A stretch of 64,000 nt of DNA from Candidatus Omnitrophota bacterium (GTDB lineage Bacteria; Omnitrophota; Gorgyraeia; Duberdicusellales; 4484-171): NCBI GenBank assembly GCA_043820815.1, contig JBDRDJ010000012.1:41952-105951 (forward strand). Direction: 5' to 3'. Below are positions 34,981 through 47,167 of the stretch, one piece after another. The stretch's first letter is position 1. The number at the start of each line of letters is the position of its first letter. The notes below the pieces were generated by a model. It saw only the letters and a list, made by a program, of their open reading frames with translations, was not told the origin of the DNA and ran no database searches. The position numbers were made by a program, and so were the translations under genes.

Positions 34981-35787
34981 ATGAATATATATAAAACAAC
35001 CCTATTAGCTTTGATGTATATTTCCTGTATTAGCTATCCGCTATACCCGCAGGAGAAAATCAAGGATTTTTATCTTTCTAACCTTAACGAGCAAGGTTCT
35101 TGCGATTGGGAAGTTAAGGGCGATGAGGCTTTGATCAGCAATGAGCACGTCGACATAAAGGAAATGGATGCCAAATATTATACCGAAAAAGACACAATCA
35201 AAGTCACCTCCAAGAAAGCTAAATTAAATAAAGAAAATATGGATGTTCATCTCCAAGACGATGTCCAGATCGAAAACGCAGAAGGAATGACTTTGATTAC
35301 CGATTCTTTAGACTGGAAGCAAAAGAATAATTCTATCGCAACTGAGGATCCGGTAGAAATCAACAATGATTCAATGTATATAAAAGCCAAAGGTATGCAG
35401 GCTGATACAGCCCTTAAAAATGTTGATTTCAAAGAAGATATTGAAGTTAGAGTTCCCGATAAAGAGAATAAGGACTTTACGACAATCACCTGTAAGGGGC
35501 CGTTAGAGATAGAATATTCAACAGGCACGGCTGTATTTTATAAAGATGTAATTGTTGAAAACGAACAAGCTACTCTTTTTTCCGATAAGACCACTATGTT
35601 TTTCGACACTCAGCTTAAAAAAATAATAAAAATAGTTTCAGAGGGCAACGTTAAGATAGTCAAAGACGAAAACGTGACATTCTCCGAGAAGGCTACTTAT
35701 TGGAATGAGCAGGAGAGAATTGTTTTGGAAGGAAGACCCCGCCTTATTTATTTCTCAAAAAAAGGCGAAAAGGCCGGCCGGCCGTAG
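34981..35787 (+). CDS. LPS export periplasmic protein with LptC-like N-terminal half and LptA/OstA-like C-terminal half
   Basis: N-terminal anchor, then two OstA-type beta-jellyroll-like halves (aa 30-130 and 135-260). Position between kdsC and lptB, where lptC and lptA normally sit. Confidence 0.65.
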   Translation: MNIYKTTLLALMYISCISYPLYPQEKIKDFYLSNLNEQGSCDWEVKGDEALISNEHVDIKEMDAKYYTEKDTIKVTSKKAKLNKENMDVHLQDDVQIENAEGMTLITDSLDWKQKNNSIATEDPVEINNDSMYIKAKGMQADTALKNVDFKEDIEVRVPDKENKDFTTITCKGPLEIEYSTGTAVFYKDVIVENEQATLFSDKTTMFFDTQLKKIIKIVSEGNVKIVKDENVTFSEKATYWNEQERIVLEGRPRLIYFSKKGEKAGRP

Positions 35788-35792
35788 ATTAT

Positions 35793-35882
35793 TATACGTA
35801 AGACCCCGTATTCAAAACTTAAGATCCCATACTTTTGACAAGCTTATTTATGTTTTGAATTTTGAGCTTTGTCTTGCGTATG
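35793..35882 (+). repeat. Two-tier hairpin between lptC/A-like gene and lptB
   Basis: The outer stem pairs TATACGTAAGAC (35793-35804) with GTCTTGCGTATG (35871-35882), 10 Watson-Crick plus 2 G-U pairs. The inner perfect 9-bp stem pairs ATTCAAAAC (35810-35818) with GTTTTGAAT (35852-35860). Confidence 0.65.
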
Positions 35883-35902
35883 GAGATAGGAGCCTTTAAA
35901 AG

Positions 35903-36625
35903 ATGAGATTACTTGAAGTACATAATTTAGCAAAATCGTATAACGGCAGGGCAGTAGTTAAAGGGGTTTCTATTGCGGTTCGAAGAGGAGAGATCGTTGG
36001 ATTGCTTGGGCCTAACGGAGCCGGAAAAACAACCAGTTTCTATATGATCGTAGGTATAGTTGCCCCCGATGCGGGCCGGATTCTTTTTGATAATCAGGAT
36101 TTGACGCGTTTGCCTATTCATGTGCGGGCTAGATACGGAGTGGGGTATCTTTCACAGGAGCCTTCTGTATTCAGGAAGCTGACCGTTGAGGAAAATATAA
36201 TGGCGGTGCTGGAGACTCTTAATCTGACAAGAATAGAAAGGCTTAAACGTTTGGATGAACTGTTGCGGGAATTGAAAATCGCACATTTACGAAAGAATAA
36301 AGCATATACTTTAAGCGGCGGGGAGACGCGGAGGCTTGAGATAACGCGTGCATTGGTGACTAACCCGTCTTTTTTGCTTTTAGATGAACCATTTTCCGGT
36401 ATTGACCCTATCGTTGTTAAAGAGGCAAAAGAGATAATTTCTGATTTAAGGGATAAAGGAATCGGTGTGCTTGTCACAGATCATAATGTCCGGGAAACCC
36501 TCTCTATTACCGACCGGGCTTACCTTATTGCCGATGGCAGCATTTTGATTTCAGGAACTTCTAATGATTTGATAAATAATCCCAAGGCTAAAGAGATTTA
36601 CCTGGGTAAAGATTTTAGAATGTAA
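35903..36625 (+). CDS. lptB: LPS export ABC transporter ATP-binding protein LptB
   Basis: Walker A GPNGAGKTT, signature LSGGETRR, Walker B LLLDEPFSGIDP. 240 aa. Confidence 0.9.
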   Translation: MRLLEVHNLAKSYNGRAVVKGVSIAVRRGEIVGLLGPNGAGKTTSFYMIVGIVAPDAGRILFDNQDLTRLPIHVRARYGVGYLSQEPSVFRKLTVEENIMAVLETLNLTRIERLKRLDELLRELKIAHLRKNKAYTLSGGETRRLEITRALVTNPSFLLLDEPFSGIDPIVVKEAKEIISDLRDKGIGVLVTDHNVRETLSITDRAYLIADGSILISGTSNDLINNPKAKEIYLGKDFRM

Positions 36626-36633
36626 ATGAGGCC

Positions 36634-36687
36634 ATGACTTATGAAAATCTCTGATTTTCATAAATCTTCTGCTCATTGAGGAGAAAG
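36634..36687 (+). promoter_or_regulatory. Palindromic leader element, copy 2 (upstream of trigger factor)
   Basis: GACTTATGAAAATC (36636-36649) pairs with GATTTTCATAAATC (36653-36666), 13 of 14 bp with a 3-nt loop. It is followed by TTCTGCTCATTGAGGAG with the SD. ATG at 36689. Confidence 0.65.
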
Positions 36688-36688
36688 C

Positions 36689-37576
36689 ATGAAAGTCGAA
36701 GTTACAAAGTTAGACAAGTTAAAAAGAAAGGTAAAAATATTCACAGACGGAGAGGATTTTGGCAAGATGAAAACCGAGATTTATCTCGAAATAGGCAAGC
36801 AGTTAAAAGTGCCGGGATTCAGGCCGGGAACCGCCCCTTTAGAGGTTTTAACGAAACATCATGCGAAGCTGCTCAAGGAAGAATACTTAAAAAAGGCATT
36901 GCCTTATTACTATAGCTTTGGTTTAAAAGAGAAGAATATTTTTCCTGCAAGTTTACCGCATATTTTTGATATTGAACTGGATGATAAGAGCCTTACTTTT
37001 TGTGCTGAATTTGAGGCAAAACCGGAGATAGAAATGAGCGGCAATGATTACAAAGGAATTAAGATTAAAGATACCGATACCGATGTTAAAGAGGACGAAA
37101 TAGAAAAAGCCCGCGAGTCTTTGAAGGATAATATTAAGAAAATATACGATAAAGAACCTGATGATTTGTCTTTAGCTAAATGGTCAGGATATTCTAATGC
37201 TGAAAAGCTAAAAGAGGCTCTTAAGGCTGAATTGCACCTTGAGAAATTGCGCCAGCGCCGTCAAAATATTGAAGTTCAAATCAGCAGGCATCTCTTGGAC
37301 AATGTTAAAGTAGATGTACCTGGTTCAGAAATTAAAAGGAGAAGTGAAGAGCTTCTTAACAGCAAAATTTATGAGTTGAAGAACAACGGTGTTTCGGATG
37401 AAGATATCAATAAGTATAGAGATGATTTAAAAGAAAAATTACAATCGGTGGCAGAGCATGAAGTTAAACTTTCTTATATTTTAGAGGCTATAGCTAAAAA
37501 AGAAAATATAAATGCAGAGAATAATCTTGGCCATACGGCGCTTGGTTTTATTCTAAGCTGTGCAAAGTATGAGTAG
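36689..37576 (+). CDS. tig: Trigger factor lacking the FKBP-type PPIase domain
   Basis: The N-terminal ribosome-binding domain has the GFRPGTAP signature, and the C-terminal helical arm domain is present. At only 295 aa (about 430 is canonical), no FKBP segment lies between them. Confidence 0.75.
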   Translation: MKVEVTKLDKLKRKVKIFTDGEDFGKMKTEIYLEIGKQLKVPGFRPGTAPLEVLTKHHAKLLKEEYLKKALPYYYSFGLKEKNIFPASLPHIFDIELDDKSLTFCAEFEAKPEIEMSGNDYKGIKIKDTDTDVKEDEIEKARESLKDNIKKIYDKEPDDLSLAKWSGYSNAEKLKEALKAELHLEKLRQRRQNIEVQISRHLLDNVKVDVPGSEIKRRSEELLNSKIYELKNNGVSDEDINKYRDDLKEKLQSVAEHEVKLSYILEAIAKKENINAENNLGHTALGFILSCAKYE

Positions 37577-37645
37577 TGTGTTTGTGCGGTTTTTTTGCAA
37601 AAGGGATAAGTTGAATTTTTTTGAGAAAATTTAGGAGGTGTAGCA

Positions 37646-38251
37646 ATGAATAATCAGTATGTTCCAATTGTTGTTGAGCAAAGCGGGAGAGTTGAACGCG
37701 CATATGATATTTATTCAAGGTTATTAAAAGACAGAATTATTTTTGTAGGGACTTCCATCGATGATTCAATTGCTAACGTTGTCATAGCGCAAATGTTATT
37801 TTTACAGATGGAAGATATGAATAAGGATATTAATCTCTATATTAATACGCCCGGAGGCGCAATAACCGCAGGTTTAGCGATATACGATACTATGCAATTT
37901 GTAAAGTGCGAGGTTGCGACTTATTGCGTAGGCCAGGCTGCTTCATTGGGTGCGCTTTTGCTTTGTGCCGGTGCCAACGGGAAAAGGTTTACCCTTCCAA
38001 ATTCACGTATTATGGTGCATCAGCCATGGGGCGGCGTTCAAGGCACCGCCGAAGATATTTCAATACAGACGAAGGAAATCTTGCGTTTACGTGAGAAGGT
38101 AAATGAGATTTTATCAAAACATACAGGAAAAACTGTAGATAAAATTAAAGAAGATACCGACAGGGATTATTTTATGACTTCCCATGAGGCGAAAGATTAC
38201 GGTATTGTTGATGAAGTAATCATCCCGACAAAAACATCCGGCAAAAAATGA
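37646..38251 (+). CDS. clpP: ATP-dependent Clp protease proteolytic subunit
   Basis: [28 protein letters not shown] start, catalytic [11 protein letters not shown] (Ser) and MVHQP (His). Confidence 0.95.
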   Translation: MNNQYVPIVVEQSGRVERAYDIYSRLLKDRIIFVGTSIDDSIANVVIAQMLFLQMEDMNKDINLYINTPGGAITAGLAIYDTMQFVKCEVATYCVGQAASLGALLLCAGANGKRFTLPNSRIMVHQPWGGVQGTAEDISIQTKEILRLREKVNEILSKHTGKTVDKIKEDTDRDYFMTSHEAKDYGIVDEVIIPTKTSGKK

Positions 38252-38342
38252 AAGTAAAATAAACCGAAGCTACCCGCCCCTTTAAGTTTTAAGAAATTTT
38301 GGGTACTTTCTTAAAGGCTAACATTAAACCAGGAGGAAGGCA

Positions 38343-41340
<2,998 letters not shown>

Positions 41341-41349
41341 GAGGAATAA

Positions 41350-43452
41350 ATGAATACAGCAGCTGTGCTTGGGCTTGTTTTCTTGGGATCAATGGTTGCA
41401 ATCTGTTTCGCTCTATTTCTCATCTGGCGTTTGTTTAAGCTTTCCGAAGGTACCGAATCAATGAAACGCATTTCTTCGTATATTCAAGAGGGAGCTTTAA
41501 GCTATCTCAAACAGCAATATAAAATAGTTTCTATTTTCTTTGCCGTAGTTTTCTTAATTCTTGTTTGGATGGCTTTTTTTATGAATGTTCTTTCAAAGTT
41601 CGTTCCTTTCGCTTTTTTTACGGGCGGCCTTTGGTCGGGCCTGTGCGGATTTATCGGTATGTATGTTGCAACCAGGTCAAATGCCCGAACCGCTTTCGCA
41701 GCTAAAGACAGTTTAAACAAGGGTTTAAGAGCAGCCTTTAGCGGCGGCTGCGTTATGGGCCTTATGGTTGTTGGATTGGGGCTTTTAGATTTAGTTTTAT
41801 GGTTTGCTATCCTTAAATTGTGTTATGCTAATGGCATTTGGGTAAGAGGAATGGATGAGATGACTGCAATAACCCAGACTATGCTTTGTTTCGGGATGGG
41901 TGCCTCAAGCTATGCGCTTTTTGCCCGTGTCGGAGGAGGAATATATACTAAAGCAGCCGATGTTGGAGCGGATTTGGTTGGTAAAGTTGAGGCTGGTATT
42001 CCTGAGGACGACCCCCGTAATCCTGCGGTTATTGCCGATCTGGTAGGAGATAACGTAGGAGATGTCGCGGGAATGGGGGCAGATTTGTATGAGTCTTACG
42101 TAGGCTCTATAGTTGCGACAATGGCATTGGCAGTTACGGCAAATCTTCATTTTAAGGGTGTGGCGTTGCCCATGCTGGTTGCCGCGGCAGGTGTCTTAGC
42201 TTCAATAATTGGCTTTTTTTCGGTCCGCTCTAAAAGTGAAAAACAGAGGGATTTGATAAATGCTCTAAGAAAAGGGGTATTTACAACAGCCATTTTAGTG
42301 GTTATAGCATCAGCCGTCATAGTAAGGATGTTTATGGGAGGGGCGTATTGGGGTTTCTGGTGGTCTATTGTTTGCGGGCTTGTGGCGGGAGTTCTTTTGG
42401 GATTATCTACGGAATATTACACGTCTTCGTCATTCTCCCCGGTGCGTAAACTTTCGGAAAGTTCAAAAACAGGGCCGGCGACAATTATCATAAGCGGAAT
42501 GTCTCTGGGCATGATGTCTACCGCGCTGCCGGTGCTTCTTATTTGTGCGGCAGTGTTTTTTAGTTTCATGTTTGCGGGAGGTTTTAGCAATCCCGAACAG
42601 GGGCTTTACGGAATCGGTATTGCTGCTGTCGGGCTTCTTTCAACCCTTGGTATTACTTTGGCATCTGATGCCTACGGGCCGATTGCCGATAATGCAGGAG
42701 GGATAGCCGAGATGTCTGATTTGCCAAAAGAGGTAAGAAACAGGACAGATCAGTTAGATGCCTTAGGCAACACTACTGCTGCAACCGGTAAAGGTTTTGC
42801 AATAGGAAGTGCCGCCTTAACAGCACTGGCTCTTATAGTGGCGTATAAGGAGCGTGTTGAGATATTTGGTAAACCTTTGATTCTTTCTTTGCTCGATGTT
42901 AAGCTTATAATCGGTTTATTTTTAGGTGCAGTTATGCCTTTTATTTTTTGCGCATTAACATTAAGTTCCGTTGGCAAGGCTGCGGAACTTATTGTGGAGG
43001 AAGTAAGAAGGCAGTTTGCCCAGATAAAGGGTTTGCTTGAAGGAGAAGCAAAAGCAGATTATTCCACTTGCGTAAAAATTACTACGCAGTCGGCACAGAG
43101 AAAAATGATTTTACCGGCTTTGCTTGCAATTATTTCTCCTATTGCCGTAGGGCTGCTTTTTGGGCCTGAGGCTGTGGCAGGATTTCTTGTAGGCTCTCTT
43201 ATTTGCGGTTTTGTTCTTGCAGTTATGATGGCAAATTCCGGAGGAGCATGGGATAATGCTAAAAAGTATATAGAGCAGGGTAACCTCGGGGGTAAAGGTT
43301 CTTTAGCTCATAAAGCGTCAATCGTAGGAGATACTGTTGGCGACCCTTTTAAAGATACAGCCGGCCCGTCTCTTAATATCCTTCTTAAGTTAATGGCCAT
43401 GGTTTCTATTGTCTTTAGCCAGTTTATCTTAACGTATTCTATTTTTAAATAG
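41350..43452 (+). CDS. hppA: Membrane-bound proton/sodium-translocating pyrophosphatase
   Basis: 700 aa and polytopic. GGGIYTKAADVGADLVGKVE, DNVGDNVGDVAGMGADL, and the DAYGPIADNAGG and GDTVGDPFKDTAGPSLN motifs. Confidence 0.95.
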   Translation: MNTAAVLGLVFLGSMVAICFALFLIWRLFKLSEGTESMKRISSYIQEGALSYLKQQYKIVSIFFAVVFLILVWMAFFMNVLSKFVPFAFFTGGLWSGLCGFIGMYVATRSNARTAFAAKDSLNKGLRAAFSGGCVMGLMVVGLGLLDLVLWFAILKLCYANGIWVRGMDEMTAITQTMLCFGMGASSYALFARVGGGIYTKAADVGADLVGKVEAGIPEDDPRNPAVIADLVGDNVGDVAGMGADLYESYVGSIVATMALAVTANLHFKGVALPMLVAAAGVLASIIGFFSVRSKSEKQRDLINALRKGVFTTAILVVIASAVIVRMFMGGAYWGFWWSIVCGLVAGVLLGLSTEYYTSSSFSPVRKLSESSKTGPATIIISGMSLGMMSTALPVLLICAAVFFSFMFAGGFSNPEQGLYGIGIAAVGLLSTLGITLASDAYGPIADNAGGIAEMSDLPKEVRNRTDQLDALGNTTAATGKGFAIGSAALTALALIVAYKERVEIFGKPLILSLLDVKLIIGLFLGAVMPFIFCALTLSSVGKAAELIVEEVRRQFAQIKGLLEGEAKADYSTCVKITTQSAQRKMILPALLAIISPIAVGLLFGPEAVAGFLVGSLICGFVLAVMMANSGGAWDNAKKYIEQGNLGGKGSLAHKASIVGDTVGDPFKDTAGPSLNILLKLMAMVSIVFSQFILTYSIFK

Positions 43453-43472
43453 TTAATTTCAGGAAAGAGGCG

Positions 43473-43796
43473 TTGAGTTCTATTTGCGAAAATAAATATC
43501 AAGAATACTTCAAAGAACAAGAAAAGAAGCGGGAGTCTTTTTGCGTTCGCTGCGGAGGCTGCTGCGGTTCTTTTGATGATCCCTGCCTGCATTTAAAGAA
43601 AGACATCCGAAATCAATATCGCTGTGAGATATATTCTAAAAGGTTCGGTTTGCGCAAAACAATTAACGGAGAGAAATTCTATTGCGTACCCCTTAGAGAA
43701 ATAATCAACAGTTATTGGGAAAATGATTATCTTTGCGCGTATAAGAAAAGTAAGAAATATTCATGGATGGCATCCGGGAAACAATTAAGTCAGTAA
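43473..43796 (+). CDS. YkgJ-family cysteine-cluster protein
   Basis: 107 aa. CVRCGGCCGSFDDPC CxxCxxCC motif. TTG start. Confidence 0.55.
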   Translation: MSSICENKYQEYFKEQEKKRESFCVRCGGCCGSFDDPCLHLKKDIRNQYRCEIYSKRFGLRKTINGEKFYCVPLREIINSYWENDYLCAYKKSKKYSWMASGKQLSQ

Positions 43797-44410
43797 AAAA
43801 GCAAGTTGCTCTCTACATTCTTCCTTCTGTAACCGTGATTTCCAGGCAAAATGATCCTTATAGAGTTCTTGTGTCATGCATGCTTAGCTTAAGGACCAAG
43901 GACGAAGTAACAATGCTGGCTGCCGATAAGCTTTTTAAAGCTGCCGGTTCCATAAATAATATGGTTCGTTTATCTTGCGGCCGTATTGAGAAATTAATAT
44001 ATCCGGTAGGGTTTTACCGCACAAAAGCCCGGGCCATACTAAAAACAAACAAGAAAATTCTGGATTATTATGGAGGAAAAGTACCCTGTAATATTGAGAA
44101 ATTACTTTCTTTAAGCGGCGTAGGAAGAAAAACGGCAAATCTTGTTATGGGCTTGGCCTGCAATATTCCTGCGATATGCGTTGATACCCATGTTCACCGT
44201 ATGTCTAACCGGTTAGGCTGGGTGAATTCAAAGAGGCCTGATGAAACCGAGGAACAATTAAAAAAGGTTGTGCCAAAGAAATATTGGATAAGTCTAAATA
44301 CTATTTTTGTTTCCTTCGGCAGAAATATCTGCAAGCCGGTTTCTCCCCATTGCAGTGCGTGTTCAGTTTCTAAACATTGCAGGAAGATCGGCGTTAAACG
44401 CTCACGCTGA
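43763..44410 (+). CDS. nth: Endonuclease III (DNA glycosylase/AP lyase)
   Basis: HhH-GPD LSGVGRKTANLV, the catalytic-region motif VDTHVHR and a C-terminal 4Fe-4S motif CKPVSPHCSACSVSKHC. Confidence 0.85.
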   Translation: MDGIRETIKSVKKQVALYILPSVTVISRQNDPYRVLVSCMLSLRTKDEVTMLAADKLFKAAGSINNMVRLSCGRIEKLIYPVGFYRTKARAILKTNKKILDYYGGKVPCNIEKLLSLSGVGRKTANLVMGLACNIPAICVDTHVHRMSNRLGWVNSKRPDETEEQLKKVVPKKYWISLNTIFVSFGRNICKPVSPHCSACSVSKHCRKIGVKRSR

Positions 44411-44421
44411 AAAAATTAAAA

Positions 44422-45591
44422 ATGACGAATACCGAATACCGATTAAAAGGGGTTAACCTGGGCGGTTGGCTTCTCATGGAAGGCTATATTTTGGGAGGCA
44501 GGAATATTCCCGAGAGTGAGTTTAAGCGTGCCTTTGCCGGGTTAAACGGTAAAAAAGAATTAACCGTATTTGAGAAGATTTTCAGGGATAATTTCATACA
44601 GGAAGATGATATAAAAAATATAGCCAGCTTAGGGGCAAATGCAGTCAGGCTGCCTTTTAACTTCAGGTTAATCGAAAAAAAGCCCTATTGTTACATAGAA
44701 GAAGGATTTTTGTATATTGAAAGAATTTTACGCTGGGCTGACAAGTATAACATCGCGGTAGTTTTAGATTTGCATGCCGCCCCCGGGGCGCAAAATTGCG
44801 ACTGGCACGCCGACTCAAGCGGAAAGGCTGATTTCTGGAATAAGAAAGCCTATAGAGACAGAACCGTAAGGCTTTGGCAAGAGATTGCCGCAAGGTTTAA
44901 AGATTCAAGTTCTCTGGCTGGCTACGATATTATAAATGAGCCGGTTCTTGGAAAAAGATCCGTAAATATTCTAAAAAATTTCTACTCTAAGGCAATAAAA
45001 GTAATCAGGGCGATTGACAAGAAGCATACAATTTTCTTAGAGGGTGATATCTGGGCCCAACGGATAGATTTCTTGAGAGATTTAATTTCAGATAACATAT
45101 CTATAAGTGTGCATACCTACCAGCCATTAGAGTATGTATTCAATTTTACTCCGCAGAATAAGTTTCCCGGTGACATTAAGAAAGAAAAATGGAGTAAAGA
45201 TAATATTTATAAGTATCTTGAGCCTTTTTGGAAGTTTTCAAAGGACAACAACGTAAGAATCTTAGTCGGAGAATTTGGCATCAACTGGCGCGGTGGTTTT
45301 TACGGTGAGGCCCAATGGCTTGATACAATTCTTAGCGCTTTTAAGGATTACGGTTTTGACTACACATATTGGACGTATAAGGCAATTGCTAACCATGTTT
45401 TTCCTGATGGAATTTACCAGTATGTGGATAACAGCTCTTATATAAGAAGGGAAGGCCCTGTTTACGGCTGGGAAAATTATATTGGTTTGTGGAAAAAAGA
45501 AAAAACAAAGATAAAAGATTTCTGGAATACTAAGAATTATACCTTGAATAAGAAAATTGCCGAAACTTTAAGCAGACACTTTAGAGATTAA
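44422..45591 (+). CDS. Glycoside hydrolase family 5 protein
   Basis: GVNLGGWLLMEGY, the catalytic acid context IINEP and the nucleophile context LVGEFG. No obvious signal peptide. Confidence 0.8.
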   Translation: MTNTEYRLKGVNLGGWLLMEGYILGGRNIPESEFKRAFAGLNGKKELTVFEKIFRDNFIQEDDIKNIASLGANAVRLPFNFRLIEKKPYCYIEEGFLYIERILRWADKYNIAVVLDLHAAPGAQNCDWHADSSGKADFWNKKAYRDRTVRLWQEIAARFKDSSSLAGYDIINEPVLGKRSVNILKNFYSKAIKVIRAIDKKHTIFLEGDIWAQRIDFLRDLISDNISISVHTYQPLEYVFNFTPQNKFPGDIKKEKWSKDNIYKYLEPFWKFSKDNNVRILVGEFGINWRGGFYGEAQWLDTILSAFKDYGFDYTYWTYKAIANHVFPDGIYQYVDNSSYIRREGPVYGWENYIGLWKKEKTKIKDFWNTKNYTLNKKIAETLSRHFRD

Positions 45592-45650
45592 GCGTCAGAC
45601 ATAAAACCTATTCTACTAATAGGGTCTTAATAAAAAGAAAAGGAGCAAAA

Positions 45651-46286
45651 ATGATAGTGCCGGCATTGCTTACAAACAATGAAGGAAGTTTTAGGAGAAT
45701 GGTTGATAAATGCGCGAGTTTTGCCGATTTCATTCAAATTGACATTATGGACGGCGAGTTCGTTCCTTCAAAGAGTGTCGGTAAAGAGGCAATAAAAAAT
45801 ATTAAGTTTCCTGTTCCCAGCGAAGCTCACCTTATGGTCAAAGACCCCCTTGGGTGGGTTGATTTATTTAAAAGTGCAGGAAGCAGGCGTATAATTTTCC
45901 ATTTTGAGATTGGCGGCGGCCTTCTGCCCGTTATAGAAGGGATTAAACAAAAAGGGCTTGAGGTTGGTATTGCAATTAACCCCCCGACTGATATTTCTGA
46001 ATTTGAATATTTAACCGATAAAGTTGATGTATTTCTTTTCCTATCGGTAAATCCCGGTTTTTACGGATCTGCTTTTATACCCGGTGTATTAGATAAAATC
46101 AGAGATTTCAAAAAGCGGTATCCTAAAAAAATTGTCGGAATCGACGGAGGAGTAAAACTTGATAACTTAAAGTCAATAGCCCAAACATGCGTAGACTACA
46201 TATGTGTAGGCAGCGCTATTATGGCGCAGGATGCCCCCGCCGGCGCCTATTTGCAATTTAAAAAAATTGTAAGCCCGCAGCCTTAA
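45651..46286 (+). CDS. Ribulose-phosphate 3-epimerase family protein
   Basis: IQIDIMDGEFVPSKSVG and AHLMVKDP resemble RPE TIM-barrel motifs. The protein is divergent. Confidence 0.6.
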   Translation: MIVPALLTNNEGSFRRMVDKCASFADFIQIDIMDGEFVPSKSVGKEAIKNIKFPVPSEAHLMVKDPLGWVDLFKSAGSRRIIFHFEIGGGLLPVIEGIKQKGLEVGIAINPPTDISEFEYLTDKVDVFLFLSVNPGFYGSAFIPGVLDKIRDFKKRYPKKIVGIDGGVKLDNLKSIAQTCVDYICVGSAIMAQDAPAGAYLQFKKIVSPQP

Positions 46287-46297
46287 GGCTAAAAGCT

Positions 46298-47167
46298 ATG
46301 AATAAATACCTACGGTTGCTTCTTTTCATTTTTTTAATATCTGTGCCTATTTTCTTTTATAAGGCTTCTACCAACCAGCCTAAGCAAGAGAAGAAGACAA
46401 TATCTGTGCGAACCATAAGTAAGATACCGGGGAAGATTACTCCTAAAGGTTCCGGGACAGAAAACGATATTAATAAACCGCAGGTAAGTAACGATGAAAA
46501 TGACGCAAGAACAAAGATAGCTTTGATTTTTGATGATTTGGGCGAGAGTTTAAATGAGCTTAAAGATATATATTCTCTTGATATCCCTCTTACAATTTCA
46601 GTCATTCCCGGGTTAAAGTTTTCCCGTAACATAGCACATATCGGCATGCGTTCCGGATACACAGTTTTAATTCATTTGCCTTTTGAACCTAAACAAAGAC
46701 AGTTAAAAAATAACAAGTTTAGATATATAAGCGGCTCGCTTAAAGAAAAGGAAGTTAAGTCTCTCTTAAGAAGTTATTTAAACCATATAAAGATTGCTAA
46801 GGGAGTCAATAACCATATGGGGTCAAAAGCCACAGAAAACCCTAAGCTTATGCGTATTGTTTTTGAAGAATTAAAAAAAAGGGATTTGATTTTTATCGAT
46901 AGCAGGACTTCCCTTGATTCCGTAGCCTACAATATAGCCCAACAGATGGATGTGCGCTCTGCTTACAATGAAGGATTCATCGATTCTTTAAACGATCCAA
47001 GAAATATTTCTGAGCGCATTAAAGAATTGGTTAAGATTGCAAAGAATAAGGGAAGAATAATAGTTATCGCACATCCAAAGAAAAATACGATAGAGGTTCT
47101 ACGGAAAGAAATACCCCAACTTAAAAGCGAGATTCACTTTATAACAATAGAAGAATACTTTAAATGA
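46298..47167 (+). CDS. Divergent polysaccharide deacetylase (YibQ family)
   Basis: N-terminal anchor. The blocks IALIFDDLGESL, PLTISVIPG, VLIHLPFEP, NNHMGSKAT and IDSRTS are typical of YibQ-like proteins. Confidence 0.75.
   Translation: MNKYLRLLLFIFLISVPIFFYKASTNQPKQEKKTISVRTISKIPGKITPKGSGTENDINKPQVSNDENDARTKIALIFDDLGESLNELKDIYSLDIPLTISVIPGLKFSRNIAHIGMRSGYTVLIHLPFEPKQRQLKNNKFRYISGSLKEKEVKSLLRSYLNHIKIAKGVNNHMGSKATENPKLMRIVFEELKKRDLIFIDSRTSLDSVAYNIAQQMDVRSAYNEGFIDSLNDPRNISERIKELVKIAKNKGRIIVIAHPKKNTIEVLRKEIPQLKSEIHFITIEEYFK

Noticed and set aside
35771-35784. GGCCGGCCGGCCG run at the 3' end of the lptC/A-like gene
   Set aside because: This is a short GC-rich tandem (GGCC x3) encoding the C-terminal AGRP. 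It is too short to be meaningful beyond being a local compositional oddity.
35705-35899. 64-aa ORF spanning the lptC/A-like 3' end and the downstream hairpin
   Set aside because: Its second half is a translation of the inverted-repeat element. It has no start context.
36676-36915. 79-aa + strand ORF overlapping the tig start in another frame
   Set aside because: It begins inside the leader element and is Arg/Lys-rich low complexity. The trigger-factor frame has a clear SD and homology.
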